DNA of 32,000 bases from Aliivibrio fischeri ES114 (GTDB lineage: Bacteria; Pseudomonadota; Gammaproteobacteria; Enterobacterales; Vibrionaceae), in assembly GCF_000011805.1 (NCBI RefSeq), contig NC_006841.2; one strand, written 5' to 3'. Positions 27,119 to 32,000 of the stretch are shown piece by piece. Made by a program: the position numbers and the translations under genes. The notes beneath the pieces were generated by a model. It was not told where the DNA came from. It saw only the letters and a program-made list of their open reading frames with translations, and did no database searches. The number at the start of each line of letters is the position of its first letter. Positions within the stretch are counted from its first letter, which is position 1.

Positions 27119-28021
27119 ATGATGATTAATCGCATTAACCTTACCGATATCCGCTCGTTTGTTCTTATTGCTCGCTTAGGGAATTTTACTAAGGCGGCGG
27201 AAACTCTCGACGTCTCTCGTTCCCATGTGTCACGCCAAATAAGTAGCCTAGAGAAACAAATGGGCGTGACGTTATTAATTCGTACAACTCGAACGCTACG
27301 TTTAACGGAAGCGGGTAAGCATTTTTATCATCAATGTGAACAAGCTCTTCATACTATAGATCAAGCTCTGCTTTCTGCTGTGGATGATGTTGAAAAGGTG
27401 CAAGGGGAGATAAAAATAAACTGTGTGGGTGGTTATTTAGGTGAAGTATTTCTGGCTGATATCGTTAATACCTTTATGCAGCAGTACCCAGATGTATCTA
27501 TCAGTTTAGATTTTAGTAGTAATCGAGTGGATTTAATTGAAGAAGAGTTTGATATTGCTTTTCGTATGGGCAGTCTTGAGGATTCCGGTTTTGTTGCGAA
27601 GAAATTACTTGATATTGAGATGGGAACATTAGCCAGTCCAAAGTATTTACAACAATATGGTCGTCCTTCACATCCTAAAGAATTGCAGCAACATCATTGT
27701 TTAACCGGCTCTGTTCGTAAGTGGCATTTCCAATCGTTAGTTAATAAAGAACATTATGATGTTTCGATTAAAGGAAATTTACAGTGTAAAAATGGACGAG
27801 TATTGGTTGCTGGTGCTATCGCAGGAAATGGAATTATTCGAGTTCCACTGATTTATTGTCAGCAAGAATTAGATGATAAAAAGCTTGTGCAAGTATTTGA
27901 AGAGTGGGGAATTCCAACCGTTGATTTTTCTGCGATTTATCACCGAGATCGTTATCAGCCTAAGAGAATAAGGACATTTATTGATTTTGTGAAACAGTAT
28001 TCAGATTCTTTATTTACTTAA
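27119..28021 (+). CDS. LysR family transcriptional regulator
   Basis: ORF 27041..28021; likely start at M27 or M28. MINRINLTDIRSFVLIARLGNFTKAAETLDVSRSHVSRQISSLEKQMGVTLLIRTTRTLRLTEAG. Confidence 0.92.
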   Translation: MMINRINLTDIRSFVLIARLGNFTKAAETLDVSRSHVSRQISSLEKQMGVTLLIRTTRTLRLTEAGKHFYHQCEQALHTIDQALLSAVDDVEKVQGEIKINCVGGYLGEVFLADIVNTFMQQYPDVSISLDFSSNRVDLIEEEFDIAFRMGSLEDSGFVAKKLLDIEMGTLASPKYLQQYGRPSHPKELQQHHCLTGSVRKWHFQSLVNKEHYDVSIKGNLQCKNGRVLVAGAIAGNGIIRVPLIYCQQELDDKKLVQVFEEWGIPTVDFSAIYHRDRYQPKRIRTFIDFVKQYSDSLFT

Positions 28022-28034
28022 ACATAATTACAAT

Positions 28035-28070
28035 CGCCATGAAGCACACTTGAGTGAATCATGGCGTTTT
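28035..28070 (+). terminator. Rho-independent terminator after the LysR gene
   Basis: CGCCATGA (28035-28042) / TCATGGCG (28059-28066) followed by TTTTATT. Confidence 0.7.
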
Positions 28071-28084
28071 ATTGTTGGATAGTC

Positions 28085-28294
28085 TTATTCTTCTGCTTGA
28101 TATTCTAAAATATCCGCAGGTTGGCATTCTAAATGTTTGCAAATGGCTTCTAAGGTTGAGAACTTTATTGCCTTTGCTCTGCTATTTTTTAGTACAGATA
28201 AATTCTGTTCCGTGATACCAATTAATTGAGCCAACTGATTTGAGCGCATTTTCCGCTTGGCTAGCATGATATCGAGATTTACAACGATAGGCAT
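28085..28294 (-). CDS. Small XRE/Cro-type HTH regulator
   Basis: 69 aa. VNLDIMLAKRKMRSNQLAQLIGITEQNLSVLKNSRAKAIKFSTLEAICKHLECQPADILEY. Confidence 0.9.
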   Translation of the reverse strand: MPIVVNLDIMLAKRKMRSNQLAQLIGITEQNLSVLKNSRAKAIKFSTLEAICKHLECQPADILEYQAEE

Positions 28295-28305
28295 ATATAT
28301 TGTCT

Positions 28306-28836
28306 CTAGATTGTGAGTTCTTGTTCTTCACGAATAAGGCTTGCTTCTTCCATTACTTTTGCGATAACTCGTACGATTAAACCAATAACTAACATACTGA
28401 TTTCGCTGTCTGAAATGTTAAAGCCTCCTTCCACATTATCTTCAGTATAAGAGAGTGCGATACTAAGAAGTATATCGGATAACACTTGAACAAATGGCAT
28501 CATAATTAAGATGTTAGCGATTTTACGATATCTGATGGTGTTATCAAGGGTAAACACTTGCCCTTTTTTGTATAAACGAAATAAAAGAATTAACTGCCAT
28601 AGAATCGCACAGCTTAATAGTGTTGGTAGCATACTTGGCAGGTAACCTAACATAGAACGTGAAAAAGAGAGTGGAAGAGTAACTTCAACAGGAAAAGTAC
28701 TCTGGAATGATTGTGAGTTATAAAGAGTTGAAGCAAACCAAAGGACGGTATCCATTAATGGTAAAGCAACAAAAGCAAATCCAAAAACGATAAGCAGTTT
28801 TGAACTAAAAGATTGGATGTTATTTAAATTATTCAT
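28306..28836 (-). CDS. DUF2975 domain-containing membrane protein
   Basis: ORF track 28306..28848; ATG at 28836 has a better-placed GAGAAA. Four predicted TM helices; FTLDNTIRYRKIANILIMMPF; paired with the XRE regulator as in typical DUF2975 loci. Confidence 0.8.
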   Translation of the reverse strand: MNNLNNIQSFSSKLLIVFGFAFVALPLMDTVLWFASTLYNSQSFQSTFPVEVTLPLSFSRSMLGYLPSMLPTLLSCAILWQLILLFRLYKKGQVFTLDNTIRYRKIANILIMMPFVQVLSDILLSIALSYTEDNVEGGFNISDSEISMLVIGLIVRVIAKVMEEASLIREEQELTI

Positions 28837-29061
28837 GTTATTTCTCATTCAGTGTGTGTGATGAGAATATATGCCTATCTAAAATAAATAACAATAATTA
28901 TTTACTGTTTTACGATAAGTTTTTATTGTTATTTACTTTGTAAACGTTGCAGCTTTAATTTTTCTGTTCTTAATTTCTTGATTGAATCACTCATTTTTTA
29001 AGTATTTATTAGTAATTTTATCAATAATTGTTAGTATACAACACAAAGGATTGTTAATTAT

Positions 29062-30378
29062 ATGTTTCGGTGTTGTATGAGTGTTCGATTAAAACTGATT
29101 TTATTTTTGTTGGTGTTGTTTTCTGTGGCTATTACGAGCTCAGCCTTGACATTTAAGCTTGAATCTTATGGAGAAGAGAAGCTTGCATGGGTGATTCATA
29201 CTCATAATGTGATTACAAAATCAGAGAAACTGTTGAGTAGTATGAAAGACGCAGAAACGGGTCAAAGAGGTTTTTTATTGACTCAAGAGATTAATTACTT
29301 GCAACCTTATTACACTGGGATAGCGGAATCGAAACAATTATTTTCTGCTTTGCAAGAGTTAACAAAAGATAACCAAAAGCAGCAACAAGCACTTAAACAT
29401 ATTGAAAAATCAATGAATCTTAAATTTGAAGAACTAGCTGCTACTATTGATTTTGTTCAACAAGATCAATTGCCTAAAGCATTATCTCTTGTCAAAGAAG
29501 ATAAGGGTAAAGCTTATATGGATGATTTAAGAGAAGATTTAAACCAATTTACTAATATTGAGTTATTGTTACTTGAGCAAAGAAAGGGTGACTTTAAAGA
29601 GAATCGCAGTCAACTTGTTACATTAATTAAGATGCAAATCCTCTTTTTAATCTTTTGGGCAATTGGTTCTTTTTTCTTTATGAAGCGTAATGTATTTGAC
29701 CCATTAAAATTATTGCTATTTAGTACGAAGAAAATGCAAAAAGGCCATAAGCTTGATATTGCGGATATCGTCGAGAAAAATGAAATGGGTAAGTTATTAT
29801 CAGCTTTCTATCAAATGAATGAAGTTGTTCATGAAAAAACGGAAGCGCTGACTTATAAAGCACATCATGACGAACTTACTGGGCTTAAAAACCGTAGTAT
29901 GGTTAATACTGAATTACAAGCAGCACTTCATCAAGCTGCAAAAACCAATACGAAAGTCGCTGTCTATTTTCTTGATTTAAATAAGTTTAAAGAGATTAAT
30001 GACACATTAGGTCATGATGTGGGTGACGAGGTTTTAAAGAAAACGGCTCAACTGTTAACTGAGACGGTGAGAAGTCGTGATAATGTATTCCGTCTTGGTG
30101 GTGATGAGTTTTTAGTTATTGGTCAAGGTATAGCTCAATGTTCAGGGGTGAAAAAGCTAACCTCGAAACTATTAGAGCAGTTTAAGTTTCCCGTAAATAT
30201 CGGCAGTGAATCTCTATCTATTTCCCCTAGTGTCGGTGTTGCTATTTATCCTGATGACAGCATTGATGGCGAAGAGCTTATAAAGTTTGCTGACATCGCC
30301 ATGTATGAGGCCAAAAAAGATAAAGGCAACTCATATAAAGAGTTTGCCCCTATTATGCTTAAACGAGAAACGGATTGA
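29062..30378 (+). CDS. Diguanylate cyclase: TM + CHASE3-like sensor + GGDEF
   Basis: 438 aa. CHASE3 hallmark DAETGQRGFLLT; HDELTGLKNRSMV; RSRDNVFRLGGDEF (GGDEF with intact RxxD I-site five residues upstream). Confidence 0.93.
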   Translation: MFRCCMSVRLKLILFLLVLFSVAITSSALTFKLESYGEEKLAWVIHTHNVITKSEKLLSSMKDAETGQRGFLLTQEINYLQPYYTGIAESKQLFSALQELTKDNQKQQQALKHIEKSMNLKFEELAATIDFVQQDQLPKALSLVKEDKGKAYMDDLREDLNQFTNIELLLLEQRKGDFKENRSQLVTLIKMQILFLIFWAIGSFFFMKRNVFDPLKLLLFSTKKMQKGHKLDIADIVEKNEMGKLLSAFYQMNEVVHEKTEALTYKAHHDELTGLKNRSMVNTELQAALHQAAKTNTKVAVYFLDLNKFKEINDTLGHDVGDEVLKKTAQLLTETVRSRDNVFRLGGDEFLVIGQGIAQCSGVKKLTSKLLEQFKFPVNIGSESLSISPSVGVAIYPDDSIDGEELIKFADIAMYEAKKDKGNSYKEFAPIMLKRETD

Positions 30379-32000
30379 TTTCTTTTGCTATATGGTAACG
30401 ATTTTTTCCTGAAAGTTTAGCATGGTACATGGCCTTATCAGCTTTTTCTAAAGCCTCTTCTAATGGCGTCTGATCGTTACCAGACCAGTAGTATGCTCCA
30501 ATACTTGCTGATACATAAGGAATGGCTCCATTAATATGAATAGGGTAGCTAATTGCATTTAAGATACGCTGCAAAATAGCATTAATTTCTTGAGTCGCTA
30601 CCCTCGGATTTGTTAAGTACAAACCAAGTAAAAACTCATCGCCAGATAGACGAGCGACAAGATCGTTTTCAAAAACATTATTGGTCAAACGTTGTGAAAT
30701 GATTTTCAATAAATCGTCACCACATTGATGCCCATAAGTATCATTTACCGCTTTAAAACCATCTAAATCGAGGAAGATTAGATAAACGGATTTCTGTTTT
30801 TTATGTGCATTAAGTAGTTGTTTATAAGCATTTTGACGGTTAGCTAATTGTGTTAACCCATCATGGTTGGCTTCAAAGTTAAGGCGTTGAAGCTCTTTTA
30901 CTTGAGTTTGGTCATTAAGTGATATTACAAATGACTCTACTTTATTATCGCCATTTTTGATTAATTTAATGGTTAATAAACAAGGTAACCAATGTGATTT
31001 GTTACCGTGCTTTCTTGAAAAAAACTGACTTGTAACGTCTGTTTGAAGTTTTAAATAACCTACTTTTAGCACTTGTTTTAATACCGATGTATTGAGCTCG
31101 ATAGGCTGACGTAAATGCAGCTGATCTAGATTGGTGATGTTTCCAAATGTTTGAATAAAGGCATTATTTTTAGTCTCTATTACCATTTTTCTTGTTACAA
31201 CAATCACTGAACTTGGATTTTGGTCAAAAATCATTTCAGCCATTCGTTGACGTTGCTCAATGAGATAACGTTGACTGATATCTTCTATATGTACTAATGA
31301 ATTATTTTCACCAGCAATCGGGTAAGTCGATATTTGATATTGCTGTCCTGTACCTTGGTGGCGAAGGGTTGTTGGTTCTAATCGTTGATGGGTTTCGATG
31401 CATTCACGAAGTAGAGTTAATCGGTTGATTGGTTCAAAATCAGACAACAAATTTTCAATATGTTGCTGATTAAGAGAGGTCATTTCATCATTATTGAGCT
31501 GAATTTGAGGCAACAATAAACGAGCTGCTGGATTATGATAAATTACTTTTTTATTAGGTGAGACAACTAATAGCCCTTGATCAAGTGAATCTAGCACTTG
31601 ATTAATGTAATGAGTTTTATCTTCAAGTCTTTGAAATGCCAGTGTTAATTGAGAGTCACGTTGACTTAAGTTATCAAGCATTTCATTAAAGCAATGAGTG
31701 AGCTTTCCAATTTCGTCAGGATGAACAATATGCAGCCTTTGTTCTGTTACCCCTTTTTTGATAACTGTTTGCATTGAATTAAACATGGACAATAAAGGTG
31801 TGGCAATTAATCGGTGTACTCTGTGTGCAAAGAATAACGCTAAAAGTGAGAAGATAACCGTAGTAATTAAGAAAATGGTTAAAATCTGATTGCGTTGTTC
31901 AAACATGCTGTCTTTTGAGGCCCATACTGTCAGATTACCAAGGTGTTCATTATCTAATGTTATTGGGTGTGTAATTGCAAAAAAGACTGAGTGTGAACAT
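30359..32000 (-). CDS. Membrane sensor diguanylate cyclase (HAMP + PAS + GGDEF-type, SGDEF motif), 5' end beyond the window
   Basis: ORF track begins at an internal Met (31906). The same frame stays open to the window edge: CSHSVFFAITHPITLDNEHLGNLTVWASKDSMFEQRNQ..., so the gene is truncated. HDGLTQLANRQNAY; DLDGFKAVNDTYGHQCGD; ARLSGDEFLLGLY. Confidence 0.9.
   Translation of the reverse strand, partial: CSHSVFFAITHPITLDNEHLGNLTVWASKDSMFEQRNQILTIFLITTVIFSLLALFFAHRVHRLIATPLLSMFNSMQTVIKKGVTEQRLHIVHPDEIGKLTHCFNEMLDNLSQRDSQLTLAFQRLEDKTHYINQVLDSLDQGLLVVSPNKKVIYHNPAARLLLPQIQLNNDEMTSLNQQHIENLLSDFEPINRLTLLRECIETHQRLEPTTLRHQGTGQQYQISTYPIAGENNSLVHIEDISQRYLIEQRQRMAEMIFDQNPSSVIVVTRKMVIETKNNAFIQTFGNITNLDQLHLRQPIELNTSVLKQVLKVGYLKLQTDVTSQFFSRKHGNKSHWLPCLLTIKLIKNGDNKVESFVISLNDQTQVKELQRLNFEANHDGLTQLANRQNAYKQLLNAHKKQKSVYLIFLDLDGFKAVNDTYGHQCGDDLLKIISQRLTNNVFENDLVARLSGDEFLLGLYLTNPRVATQEINAILQRILNAISYPIHINGAIPYVSASIGAYYWSGNDQTPLEEALEKADKAMYHAKLSGKNRYHIAKEINPFLV

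Noticed and set aside
1-32000. Mobile element or prophage boundaries
   Set aside because: No transposase, integrase, tRNA attachment site or long direct repeats were recognised. Accessory status of any segment would need comparative genomics.

Overview
This is a gamma-proteobacterial (Vibrionaceae-like) chromosomal window that is mostly ordinary accessory and regulatory genes. From left to right it holds: a SetA/SetB-like sugar-efflux MFS gene cut by the left edge; an AraC regulator; an EamA exporter; a LysR gene divergent from an AhpC/TSA-like redoxin; a small acidic CxxC protein; a LysR gene divergent from an alkylsulfatase of the SdsA1/YjcS type; a two-gene ABC/OLD-like ATPase + HNH nuclease operon; another LysR gene; a complete hexose-phosphate uptake locus in the order uhpT-uhpA-uhpB-uhpC; a TetR gene divergent from an RND efflux operon with two adaptor genes; a permease (UPF0718/ArsP-like)-ArsR-pentapeptide-repeat cluster; a VF530-family protein; an SDR gene divergent from a LysR gene; a DUF2975 + XRE pair; and two convergent GGDEF genes whose 3' ends overlap by 20 nt. 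The best candidate for a dedicated system is the minus-strand ATPase-HNH pair at 8543-10596. It is translationally coupled by ATGA and resembles the Septu (PtuA/PtuB) anti-phage architecture, with no reverse transcriptase next to it. Secondary points of interest are a readable uhpT control region (CRP-like site plus perfect inverted repeat), a TetR operator overlapping the RND promoter, the permease/ArsR/pentapeptide cluster, an uncharacterised four-Cys protein, and the paired diguanylate cyclases with contrasting I-sites. No tRNA, rRNA, CRISPR array or transposase was seen.
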